Of a stretch of 64,000 bases of DNA, positions 42,826 to 52,201 are shown piece by piece; the stretch's first letter is position 1, and every line of letters starts with the position of its first letter. The stretch comes from Planctomycetota bacterium. GTDB lineage: Bacteria > Planctomycetota > SZUA-567 > H5-PLA8. A program made the translations under genes and the position numbers. The notes under the pieces are model-generated. The model saw nothing but the letters and a program-made list of their open reading frames with translations. It was not told the DNA's origin and did not search any database. The stretch spans positions 32,001-96,000 of the forward strand of contig JBBRPR010000017.1 of NCBI GenBank assembly GCA_038227875.1, in the 5' to 3' direction.

Positions 42826-45381
42826 ATGACCGTTCTCGTGACGTGCGCTGGTTGCGGCAAGAAGTACAAGGGTTCGCCGGGATCTAAAAAATTCAAATGT
42901 GGGTGCGGCAATCGCTTCACCTATCCCGACATGGCCAAAGCGCCGGCGCTGGGCCACGTGCTCTGTTCCAATTGCTGGACGGAAGTTCCCAGTACTGAAG
43001 ATTTGAAAGCCTGCCCAGCCTGCTCGCAGAAAATGTCCTCCCGCTTCAGCGGCCGCGCGATTTTGGAAGGCGCGGAGAGCGCCTCCACGGAACCCGACGC
43101 GCCGAAGGCTCCCGAACCTGCCGCCACGCCGCCGTCGACCGGGCCGGGTGTGCTGCCCGACGAGCCCCCCGAGAAACCGAAGACGAGCGAATCGCAGCGC
43201 GTCGAAGTCTTCCGCATGGATGCCGATCCGACGCCTCCTTCCGCGCACACGGATTCCGGCGACACGCTGGCTTCCGAAGGCCGCCAGGAACTGGAAGCGA
43301 CCATCGCCGACATGGCGCAGATGTTGAAGGTGACGCGCGACGCCAAGGACGCGGCGGTGAAGGAACGCGATGCGCAGCGCGATGCGCGGCGTGAACTGGA
43401 AGCGAAGATCGCGGAACTGCAGGCGCGGCTGGCGTCCGATGAGGCTGCCGAGAAGACCGCATCGAGTGCGCGCACCAAGCTCGCCGACGAGCGCCGTGAA
43501 CTGGAAGTGAAAGTCGCCGACCTGGAAGCGCGACTGGCCACCGATATCAAGGCCCGCGAAGCGGCGCTGCTGGAACGCGATGAAGTGGCGGAGATCCGCC
43601 GGCAGCTCGACGCCAAGGTCGCCGATCTGACCGCGCGCATCGAAGCCGACCGCCGCGCCGCGTCCGCCACGCCGGCGGCCCGCGACGAACTGCTCGAAGC
43701 CCGCCGCGATCTGGAAGCGAAAGTCGCCGAGCTGTCCACGCTGCTGAGTTCCGACAAGAAAGCGAAGGAGCAGCTGGTCAAGGAACGGACCGAACTGCTC
43801 GACCTGCGGCGTGAATTGGAAGCGCGGGTCGCGGAACTGTCGACGCGGCTCTCGTCGGGACTCACGGAACGGGAGACGGTTCAGAAGGAACGCGACAGCC
43901 TGTTCGATGCCCGGCGCGAGCTGGAAGCGCGCATGGCCGATCTGGAAGCGCGGTTGAAGAACGAACGGGAATCGAAGGACACGCTGGTCGGTGAGAAGAC
44001 GGAACTGACGGAAGCGCGCAAGGAACTGGAAGCGAAGCTCGCCGAAATGGCGACGCGCCTGGCCTCCGACCGCGGCGCGAAGGAAGCGGCGAACAAGAAG
44101 CGCAACGAGCTGACGCAACTCCGCCAGGAACTCGAAGCAAAAGTCGCGGACCTCGACGCGCGCCTGGCGTCCGACCGCAAGGCCAAAGAATCTCTGGTGC
44201 GCGAGCGCGACGGCCTGACCGACGCGCGCCGGGAACTGGAAGCGAAAGTCGCCGACCTGGAGACGCGCTTGAAGTCGGAGCGCGAATCGAAGGAGACGGC
44301 CTTCAAGCGGCGCGAAGAGTTGGTGGAGATCAAGAACGAACTGGAAGCGAAGACCGCCGATCTCGAATCGCGGCTGGCTTCGGAGACGGAAGCAAAGAAC
44401 ACCGCGCTGCATGACAAGGAGAAGCTCGCCGAGACCCGCAAGGAGCTCGACGCGAAGATCGCCGATTTGACGCGGCGGCTGGCCTCCGAGCGTGAATCCC
44501 GTGAAGCGGTCGTCACCGAGCGCGATGGACTGGCCGATGCGCGGCGCGAACTGGAAGCGAAAGTCGCGGACCTGCGCACGCGGCTGAAATCCGAGACCGA
44601 TGCGCGCGAAGCCGTGCGCCGCGAGCGCGATGAAGCCGTCGAGCGAGCGGATGCTTCGGACAGCAAGGCCGATCGTTTCGAAGCGGAGATGGGACGATTC
44701 CGCAAGGCGACGACCGACGCGCTGGAAACCCTGGCCGCCGATTACGACGCGGCGATCGAGCAGCTCACGGGCAGCGTGGTGGAATTGACCAGCCAGGTGC
44801 GCACCGCCAAGAAGCGGTTGGAAGAAGAGCACGCTCACGCCGGAAAGATCGAAACCGCGGCCGGCGACGTGCGCGCGAAGCTGGAGAAGCAGGGCAAGGA
44901 ACTCTCCGAGCGGATGACGCAACTGGTGGAAGCCGCCGCGGAAAAACCCGCAGAAGCGCCGCCGGAACCGAAGAAGGCTCCCGCAGCCGCCAAACCTGAA
45001 GCGCATGCGACCGCCAACGGCGCCGAAGTCGAGACGGCCGACGCAGCAGATGTAACTGAAAAGACTGAAGAAACGGAAGAGGTCGAGGAGGCAGAGGCTC
45101 CGAAGGAGCCCGTTGAGGCCGCTGCCGTGGAAAAAGTGGAGATGGACGCGTCCCACGCAGCCGCTTCCAGCCATGCCGAAACGGAAGATGCGGACGACGA
45201 CGATTCAGGCGAGGAAAAAACCGAAGCGCAGAAAGCCGATCGCGAGGCCGTGCGGCGCCTGCCGTTACGTGAGCAGCAGAAGCTTCGTTCGGACAAGGCC
45301 CCGGCGCATCCGCCGGGTGCGCAGACTCCCGGCGGCAAGGGCGTCTGGTCCCGGTTCTTTGGCGGACCGAAGAAGAAGTAA
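42826..45381 (+). CDS. Zinc-ribbon plus long coiled-coil repeat protein
   Basis: CAGC/CGC and CSNC/CPAC; 13 tandem 35-aa repeats (43282-44646); acidic linker; C-terminal GVWSRFFGGPKKK. Confidence 0.85.
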   Translation: MTVLVTCAGCGKKYKGSPGSKKFKCGCGNRFTYPDMAKAPALGHVLCSNCWTEVPSTEDLKACPACSQKMSSRFSGRAILEGAESASTEPDAPKAPEPAATPPSTGPGVLPDEPPEKPKTSESQRVEVFRMDADPTPPSAHTDSGDTLASEGRQELEATIADMAQMLKVTRDAKDAAVKERDAQRDARRELEAKIAELQARLASDEAAEKTASSARTKLADERRELEVKVADLEARLATDIKAREAALLERDEVAEIRRQLDAKVADLTARIEADRRAASATPAARDELLEARRDLEAKVAELSTLLSSDKKAKEQLVKERTELLDLRRELEARVAELSTRLSSGLTERETVQKERDSLFDARRELEARMADLEARLKNERESKDTLVGEKTELTEARKELEAKLAEMATRLASDRGAKEAANKKRNELTQLRQELEAKVADLDARLASDRKAKESLVRERDGLTDARRELEAKVADLETRLKSERESKETAFKRREELVEIKNELEAKTADLESRLASETEAKNTALHDKEKLAETRKELDAKIADLTRRLASERESREAVVTERDGLADARRELEAKVADLRTRLKSETDAREAVRRERDEAVERADASDSKADRFEAEMGRFRKATTDALETLAADYDAAIEQLTGSVVELTSQVRTAKKRLEEEHAHAGKIETAAGDVRAKLEKQGKELSERMTQLVEAAAEKPAEAPPEPKKAPAAAKPEAHATANGAEVETADAADVTEKTEETEEVEEAEAPKEPVEAAAVEKVEMDASHAAASSHAETEDADDDDSGEEKTEAQKADREAVRRLPLREQQKLRSDKAPAHPPGAQTPGGKGVWSRFFGGPKKK

Positions 45382-45533
45382 CTCTTTCTCCTGCCGATGC
45401 GATCCGCAGTCGCGGATCGCTGCTGGCATAAAACGTGCAATCTCCAAGCTATCCAGAGGAGCACCGGGCAAGGTCTGGCGCGGCTGCGTTGTATTTGGAC
45501 AGAACGTTGGACAGCGTGTGTACAGGAGGCGAG

Positions 45534-46583
45534 ATGAGGTACTTTCTAGCACTGATGGCAGTGGTCCTTTCCGTGCGTTGCGTAGTGGCGGCGGAGGTAG
45601 CCTCTCTGGTTGACGATCTGGCCGACGACAAAAAGCGCGCGGTGGCGATTGCTGAAATTCTGAAGATGGGCCCGGCGGCGGAATCGGCTCTCGAACAGAT
45701 CGATCTGGCGGGGAAGGTGAACGAGCGACAGTTGACGATTGTGCGGCGGCTGCTCGGTGAGATTCAGATCAATCGCTCCGAATTGAAACCGGTGGATACA
45801 AGCCATTTGAAGCCGTTCGGGATCAAAAAGGACAATCCTGGCGACCCGACGATCCTGCTCGATCCCGATGAGGCCGCACGCGCCAGGCATCGGACCATTG
45901 TACTGAGCGCCGAAATCGCGCACGAACACGGGGTGCTCGAGTATGCCGTCGTCTGCAAGGATTCGCCGAAAGGGCAGGACTCGCCCAAATTGCATGAAGC
46001 GATCATCGCCATTGACGCGGTGCCGCAGGACGTCTTCGTGGCGTTGCTGGTCTGCGGATACGCGGATGCAGGAGCGATCAGTGAAGAAGGCGTGGTGCCG
46101 CTGGCGAAGGATTCCGGCGTGATGATGTCGGTGGAATTCGAATGGGAAACGCCCGATGCTCAAACCGGCGAGGCCGCTGATGACAACTTGCCGAAGCCGA
46201 ATGACAAACCTGTCCCCATCAAGAGGCTGGTGCGGGTGCCCATCGAGTATTTTGCGTTCAACCGGCAGACTGGAAAATGCATGAAGCGTGTCCCCTTTGC
46301 TTTCACCGGTTCGAAGACGGAGAAGAATCCCAAGAACGGGCGTCAGTATTTCCTGGCCGATCTGGAGAAAACGATTGCCGCCCTGCGTGTCGACGAGATC
46401 GCGGTGCTCAACTCGCCCTTGAACACCAGCACGGTCAATCCGAGGCACGCGAAGGGATACCAGATTAACGAGCGCTGCATTCCGCCCCAGCACTCACCGT
46501 GCAAGCTGGTCTTTGAACCGTACGACGGACCGGAACTCTCCGCGGCGGACCTTTCGGACACCGGCGAGGTCAAAAGCAAGTAA
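45534..46583 (+). CDS. Exported hypothetical protein, YdjY-like domain
   Basis: AGGAGG RBS; signal peptide; LEYAV...KLHEA...PQDVFVALLVCG...FAFTGS pattern. Confidence 0.6.
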   Translation: MRYFLALMAVVLSVRCVVAAEVASLVDDLADDKKRAVAIAEILKMGPAAESALEQIDLAGKVNERQLTIVRRLLGEIQINRSELKPVDTSHLKPFGIKKDNPGDPTILLDPDEAARARHRTIVLSAEIAHEHGVLEYAVVCKDSPKGQDSPKLHEAIIAIDAVPQDVFVALLVCGYADAGAISEEGVVPLAKDSGVMMSVEFEWETPDAQTGEAADDNLPKPNDKPVPIKRLVRVPIEYFAFNRQTGKCMKRVPFAFTGSKTEKNPKNGRQYFLADLEKTIAALRVDEIAVLNSPLNTSTVNPRHAKGYQINERCIPPQHSPCKLVFEPYDGPELSAADLSDTGEVKSK

Positions 46584-46762
46584 CCCCGCCAGCGCTCCGC
46601 TTATCTAACTAAAGTGAGAACCATCGGCGCGATGAAAAGCCCCTATTTGTCGCGGGGTATATTCATCGTGACACGATTTTATAAAATTCATGTAAACAGT
46701 TGCAGGACAAGACTCCCAGATTAAAACGGAGCGCCACAACTGAACCCAAGGAATCCGATCCG

Positions 46763-49700
46763 ATGAACCGCATTTTTGTGATTCTGATTACCGCATTTGC
46801 AGTGTCCACCGTCCAAGCGGCAAATCTGGACACGGTGGCCGATCGGGTACTGGGGCAGGCGAATTTCACGACGACTGCCGTCGGTGCTTCCGCCACGCAG
46901 ATCAGCACGGCATACGGATTGGGCGTCGACCGGCGCACGGGCCGCATCTATGTGGCAGACACGACCAACAACCGCGTTTTGAGCTGGCTGAACGCGGCGA
47001 CATTCACCAACGGCCAGGCGGCCGACAAGGTCTTCGGGCAGCCGAATTTTACCGCGGTTGCGAGCAACAATGGCGGCGTCAGCGCGTCGTCGCTGAGCGG
47101 CCCGCGCGGCGTGGCGGTGGACGACAATAGCAATCTCTATGTCGCCGACACGAACAACAATCGCATTCTCGTTTACCGCAATCCCAATACACAGGACAAC
47201 GTCGCCGATTTTGTGATCGGGCAGACCTTGTTCACCACGGTCACGTCCGGAACTTCGAGCACGAAACTTTTCGGACCGCGCGGAATCGCCATCGATTCCT
47301 CGAACAACCTTTACGTGGCGGATACCCAGAACAACCGCGTGCTGGAGTTCGACACGCCGCTGGGCACCGATGCGGTCGCCAACCGCGTGTTTGGCCAGCT
47401 GAACAGCTTTACGTCGAACTTCACGAATAACATCGGCGGCGCCAATGGCACGCCGACCAGCACCAATCTGAACAGTCCGTTCGGCGTGGGCGTTGATTCG
47501 CAGTCCAATGTCTACATTGCCGATACCTCCAACAACCGCGTGCTGGTCTACACCACGCCGTTGACGACCGATGTCACGGCGGACTTTGTTCTCGGCCAGA
47601 CGGTTTTCACGGCGGCGGGGACAGGCATCACCTCGACGACCTTGAATGGACCCTACCGCCTGGTCGTCGACAGCGCGGACAACCTGTACGTTTGCGACGT
47701 GAACAACAACCGCGTGCTGGAATACAATACGCCGATCTTCACGAACGGCCAGGCCGCCAACAAGGTCTTCGGCCAAACTAACTTCACCAACAATCTGGCT
47801 AACCAGGGTGGCACGCCCACGGCGAGCACCGTCAGCTCGCCGTACGACGTGGCCGTCGATAGCGCTAACAACGTCTACATCATGGATACGGGCAACTTCC
47901 GCATCCTGGGTTACGACCTTCCCGTGGCCAATACGTTTCCGACACAGAATTCGCTCTTTCCTTCGGTGATTGCGGCGGGGAGTGCTTCGTTTCTGCTGCG
48001 CGTGGACGGGGCGGGATTTGTGCAGAGCTCTTTCGTGCTGGTCAACGGTTCGGCGCGTCCCACTTCCTTTATCAACCCCACCCGGATCGAGGCCGCCTTA
48101 ACCGCAGCGGACATTGCCACGGGCAGCACGGCCACCATTACGGTGTCGACGCCAGTGCCGGGCGGCGGCACGTCGCAGTTGCAGAACCTGCAGATCTACA
48201 CGCGCGCGAATCTCGATACGACCGCCGACCGCATCGTGGGCCAGCCAGACTTCAATACCAAAACCGCCAACACCGGAGGCATCACCGCGCGCAGTCTGAA
48301 CGGCATCGTGGACATGGCCGTCGATCCGAAGAGCGGGCGATTCTGGGCCGCCGACTCCTTGAATAACCGCGTGCTGAGTTGGCCGAGTGCCGCGGCCATT
48401 ACAAACGGCCAGCCGGCCGATATCGTGCTCGGTCAACCGGATTTCAGTTCGAAGATTCCCAATTTCGGCGGCGCGGGAAGCACGCCGACGGCCAGCAATC
48501 TCAATGCGCCCAGCGGGATTGTGGTGGACAGCGTGGGTAATCTTTATGTGTCGGATACGGGCAATCACCGCGTGCTGCTGTACTCCACCCCGATTGTCTC
48601 CGGGCAGGCCGCGTCGAAGGTTTTCGGTCAGACTAATTTTACGTCCGGATCGGCGAACGCGGGCGGCACCGTCGCGGCCAACTCGCTGTTTTCGCCCTTT
48701 GGCGTGGCGCTGGATTCCGTCGGGAATCTGTACGTTTCAGATTACCAGAACAATCGCGTGGTGGTTTACTTCGCTCCATTGACCGGCGACACGACCGCTG
48801 ATTTCGTCTTCGGGCAGGGCGGTTCGTTTATCACGAACACGGCGAACAAGGGAACTCTGGCTACCAACGGCGCGTCGTGTTTGAACGGTCCGGTCTCCGT
48901 GGCGCTGGACAGCCAGGACAATGTCTACATCAGCGACTTCGGAAACAGCCGCGTGCTGGAATACAACACGCCGTTGACCACCGACTCCGTGGCCGACCGG
49001 GTCATCGGACAGAACAACGATTTCACCAGCGCCGTTTCCAATCTGGGCGGAGTGAGTGCCTCGTCGCTGGGCGGTCCGTATGGCGTGGCGGTGACCTTCG
49101 CTGGTGACCTGTACGTGGCCGATTACAACAACAACCGCGTACTGGAATACGATACGCCACTGACCACCGACCTGGTCGCCGACCGTGTCTTTGGCCAGGG
49201 CGGTTCCTTCTCAAACGCGTTTATAAACAACGGTGGAGTGAGCAAGAACAGCCTTAACCATCCGCGCGCCGCGTCCCTGGATTCCAGCGGCAACCTGTAC
49301 CTCAGCGACAACTTTAACAACCGCATCTTGATGTACGACAAACCGACGAACAAGACGCCCGTGGTGGTCTCGGCAGCGATGGCCACGCCGGCGGCGCAGT
49401 TTGTGGGACTGCCGGTGATGTTCACGACGTTCAACACCGATCCCGACGGCGATCCGCTGACGTATACGTGGAGCTTCGGCGATGGCGGGTCGGGGACCGG
49501 AGCGGCGCTGTCTCACATTTACGCGGCGCCCGGCACGTTCATGGCCACGGTAACGGTCAGCGATGGATTTGGCGGTCAGACGACCGGGAATGTGCAAGTG
49601 GTCATCACCGCGCCGGATTTCCCGGCCTTCACCAGTCTGGCCGTTGCATCGGGACCCGTCGGGGTCGCGTTCAACTTTCAAATTTCTGCCACGGGCACGA

Positions 49701-50461
49701 CGCCGATCACCTATGGAATTTCCGCGCTGCCACCGGGTCTGACGAGCAGCGGGACCACGATCAGCGGTACGCCGACGGTGGCGGGAAGTTATCCGATCAA
49801 CGTCACGGCGACGAACGTGGCCGGCACGGCTTCGCAGACGCTGACGATCGTGATCACCGGCGACGGGGTCAGCAATTCCAGTGTCGACAGCGATGGCGAC
49901 GGATTTTCGGATGAAGTGGAGACGGCGCTGGGACTCGACCCGAAGAATCCCAGCGATACACCATTTGGAGGCGCGCCCGCGGGCACGCCGGAATCGCTGT
50001 TCGTCACCAACCTGATCATCGGCGTCAACTTCGCCAAGGCCGGTAGCGACAGTCTTCAACTGGCCGGTGTACTGAACGTCCCGGCGGGATTTACACTTTC
50101 CGGAGCCAAGGTTGTCGTGGATGTCGGCGGAGTAGTGCGCAACTTCACGCTGGATTCTAAGGGCTCTACGCCGAAGGGAAATGACACATTAAAGCTGAGC
50201 GTAAAGTCCGTCAAAGGCGTCGTCGCGGGCCAGGCGTCGAAGTTCACGATTCGCTTCACGAAGGGCAGTTGGCAGGGGCTGTTGACCGATGAAGGCCTGA
50301 CCAACGACAACGCCACGGGCGTACCGAAGACCGTTCCCGTTGTGATCCTGTTCAACAAGAAAGTCTTCAAAGCCGACGTCGCGCAGCTGTACACGGCCAA
50401 GAAAGGCGCATCGGGAAAGACGAAGCTGCCAGCGACCGGCGCAGCGATTCCGGGGCGCTAG
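46763..50461 (+). CDS. Secreted NHL-repeat beta-propeller protein with Ig-like, PKD and C-terminal domains
   Basis: About 12 repeats of P.GVAVD..NLYVADT.NNRVL in two blocks; YTWSFGDG...H.Y..PG.F PKD; LPPGL Ig-like; DSDGDGFSDEVE motif. Confidence 0.9.
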   Translation: MNRIFVILITAFAVSTVQAANLDTVADRVLGQANFTTTAVGASATQISTAYGLGVDRRTGRIYVADTTNNRVLSWLNAATFTNGQAADKVFGQPNFTAVASNNGGVSASSLSGPRGVAVDDNSNLYVADTNNNRILVYRNPNTQDNVADFVIGQTLFTTVTSGTSSTKLFGPRGIAIDSSNNLYVADTQNNRVLEFDTPLGTDAVANRVFGQLNSFTSNFTNNIGGANGTPTSTNLNSPFGVGVDSQSNVYIADTSNNRVLVYTTPLTTDVTADFVLGQTVFTAAGTGITSTTLNGPYRLVVDSADNLYVCDVNNNRVLEYNTPIFTNGQAANKVFGQTNFTNNLANQGGTPTASTVSSPYDVAVDSANNVYIMDTGNFRILGYDLPVANTFPTQNSLFPSVIAAGSASFLLRVDGAGFVQSSFVLVNGSARPTSFINPTRIEAALTAADIATGSTATITVSTPVPGGGTSQLQNLQIYTRANLDTTADRIVGQPDFNTKTANTGGITARSLNGIVDMAVDPKSGRFWAADSLNNRVLSWPSAAAITNGQPADIVLGQPDFSSKIPNFGGAGSTPTASNLNAPSGIVVDSVGNLYVSDTGNHRVLLYSTPIVSGQAASKVFGQTNFTSGSANAGGTVAANSLFSPFGVALDSVGNLYVSDYQNNRVVVYFAPLTGDTTADFVFGQGGSFITNTANKGTLATNGASCLNGPVSVALDSQDNVYISDFGNSRVLEYNTPLTTDSVADRVIGQNNDFTSAVSNLGGVSASSLGGPYGVAVTFAGDLYVADYNNNRVLEYDTPLTTDLVADRVFGQGGSFSNAFINNGGVSKNSLNHPRAASLDSSGNLYLSDNFNNRILMYDKPTNKTPVVVSAAMATPAAQFVGLPVMFTTFNTDPDGDPLTYTWSFGDGGSGTGAALSHIYAAPGTFMATVTVSDGFGGQTTGNVQVVITAPDFPAFTSLAVASGPVGVAFNFQISATGTTPITYGISALPPGLTSSGTTISGTPTVAGSYPINVTATNVAGTASQTLTIVITGDGVSNSSVDSDGDGFSDEVETALGLDPKNPSDTPFGGAPAGTPESLFVTNLIIGVNFAKAGSDSLQLAGVLNVPAGFTLSGAKVVVDVGGVVRNFTLDSKGSTPKGNDTLKLSVKSVKGVVAGQASKFTIRFTKGSWQGLLTDEGLTNDNATGVPKTVPVVILFNKKVFKADVAQLYTAKKGASGKTKLPATGAAIPGR

Positions 50462-50507
50462 GCGTGTGCGGGGCGTTTTGTGAGAGCGGCGCGTTTAGTT
50501 TCGCCCA

Positions 50508-50583
50508 CTCAGTCCGGCTAAAAGTGGTCGGTGAATGTCAATCAACCCGCATGCTGTTACCGACCACTTTTCGCCGGATTGAG
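50508..50583. terminator. Long imperfect hairpin downstream of the NHL gene
   Basis: CTCAGTCCGGC-TAAAGTGGTCGGT...ACCGACCACTTT-TCGCCGGATTGAG. Confidence 0.5.
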
Positions 50584-50703
50584 AATGAACTCGAATGGAA
50601 TGTCCAAGCCCAACTGAGGCTTCACACGGGGTAGAACTGCTAATGCTTTGCATTGCAAAGTTTTTCCGTTGACTTCGTTCTTTTGGACGTTAATTTCTTC
50701 GCC

Positions 50704-51540
50704 ATGAGTTCAATCAAGATGACTCCCAAACTGGCCGCGGCGGTCGCCAAGGCGCTGCGCTGGCCGGTGATTTCGAAGCCGACCGACGACGCGCGCATGC
50801 CCCGGCACGTCGCGATCATCATGGACGGCAACGGACGCTGGGCGACGCGGCGCGGCATGGTGCGCATCAACGGGCATCAGGCCGGCGTCGACGCGGTGCG
50901 CGCGGTGACGCGCTACTGCGGACAGGTTCACGTCACGGCGCTGACGCTCTATGCGTTCAGTACCGAAAACTGGAAACGGCCGAGCGCCGAAATCCGATTT
51001 CTCTTCCGCCTGCTCAAGAAGTACCTCGTGGATGAACGTCCGGAACTGATCGCCAACGGCGTGCGGCTGACGACGATCGGCAACATCGCCGGCTTGCCTG
51101 AAGATGTGCAGGCGGAACTGGCGATCACCCGGGAACTCACCGCGCAGAACACCGGATTGAATCTCTGCCTGGCGCTCAATTATGGCGCGCAGGACGAACT
51201 GGCCGCCACGGCGCTGGCGCTGGCCCAGCGTGCGGCAGCGGGAGAAATTGAAGCGGGCGCGATCACCGACGCGGCGTTTCAGGACAATCTTTTCACCTCG
51301 GGAATGCCGCCGCTGGATCTGCTGATCCGCACGGCCGGCGAGCGGCGGCTGAGCAACTTTCTGCTCTGGCAGGCGTGCGGCGCGGAATTCTATTCGACGC
51401 CCGTGTGCTGGCCGGAATTCCGGCACGGCGATCTGGAAGCAGCGATGATCGATTTCTCGCGGCGCGCGCGGTTCTCGGCATTCGGCGCGCTGACGCGCGA
51501 GAGCCAGGGGTCAGAGATGGGTGTGGGCAAGGTGGGGTAG
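50704..51540 (+). CDS. uppS: Undecaprenyl diphosphate synthase (cis-prenyltransferase)
   Basis: HVAIIMDGNGRWA, YAFSTENWKRP, LNYG, LIRTAGERRLSNFLLWQ; exact start uncertain. Confidence 0.93.
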   Translation: MSSIKMTPKLAAAVAKALRWPVISKPTDDARMPRHVAIIMDGNGRWATRRGMVRINGHQAGVDAVRAVTRYCGQVHVTALTLYAFSTENWKRPSAEIRFLFRLLKKYLVDERPELIANGVRLTTIGNIAGLPEDVQAELAITRELTAQNTGLNLCLALNYGAQDELAATALALAQRAAAGEIEAGAITDAAFQDNLFTSGMPPLDLLIRTAGERRLSNFLLWQACGAEFYSTPVCWPEFRHGDLEAAMIDFSRRARFSAFGALTRESQGSEMGVGKVG

Positions 51541-51558
51541 AATGCCAGGCGCGGTCGT

Positions 51559-52029
51559 TTAGCTCTTCTTCTTTGGCGTCGCTTTTTCGGACTTCAACAC
51601 CGTCGTTCCATCCTGACTGACTTTCACCACAATATCGTTATCGCGCGCTTTCACGCCGACCACGTAAACGGTCTGGCCGCCGCGGGTGCTCAACCATGCG
51701 TCGATTAAACGGGCGCTGGGGTAGGTGTCCTTGATCGTGTCTTTCACGGTCTTGGGCAGGTCGGGCAACTTCACTTCCTGCTGCTCGGCGACCACTTCGC
51801 CCAGGTCGGTGATCTCAATTTCAAAGCGGGTGCCTTTGGCGTCTTCGAATTCGACGGTGAAGTTGCTCTCCTGCGCCTTGGCCTTCGACACGCGCATCGT
51901 TTTGTGCACGCAGTCTTTGTATTTCTCGTTGAAGACCCGTTGCGCGGCGGCCGGGAGGTCCACGTCATCGGCGCGCAGCGTGGGCGCCAGGCAGAGTAAC
52001 ATCACAAAAACAACCAACGTGGTGCGCAT
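51559..52029 (-). CDS. Exported PepSY-like domain protein
   Basis: Signal peptide; two LP..V/A...F/Y repeats (DLPAAAQRVF, DLPKTVKDTI..TYP). Confidence 0.7.
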   Translation of the reverse strand: MRTTLVVFVMLLCLAPTLRADDVDLPAAAQRVFNEKYKDCVHKTMRVSKAKAQESNFTVEFEDAKGTRFEIEITDLGEVVAEQQEVKLPDLPKTVKDTIKDTYPSARLIDAWLSTRGGQTVYVVGVKARDNDIVVKVSQDGTTVLKSEKATPKKKS

Positions 52030-52201
52030 AGGGCCCTCCATCCGCTACGGCTCTGAGTAGAGTGTGCTCTATATACGCGTCCGTGAGACATGGTTTGGTG
52101 GAAAAATATTCAAATATTCGCCGGCGCAGCGCGATCTGAGCCTCAAACGCCCCAAGCAATAGCATTGGTCATTTTTCATCAAGATGACCGATAACTCAGT
52201 C

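Noticed and set aside
43282..44646. 105-bp DNA repeats as a mobile or CRISPR-type array
   Set aside because: They are in-frame, degenerate protein-coding coiled-coil repeats
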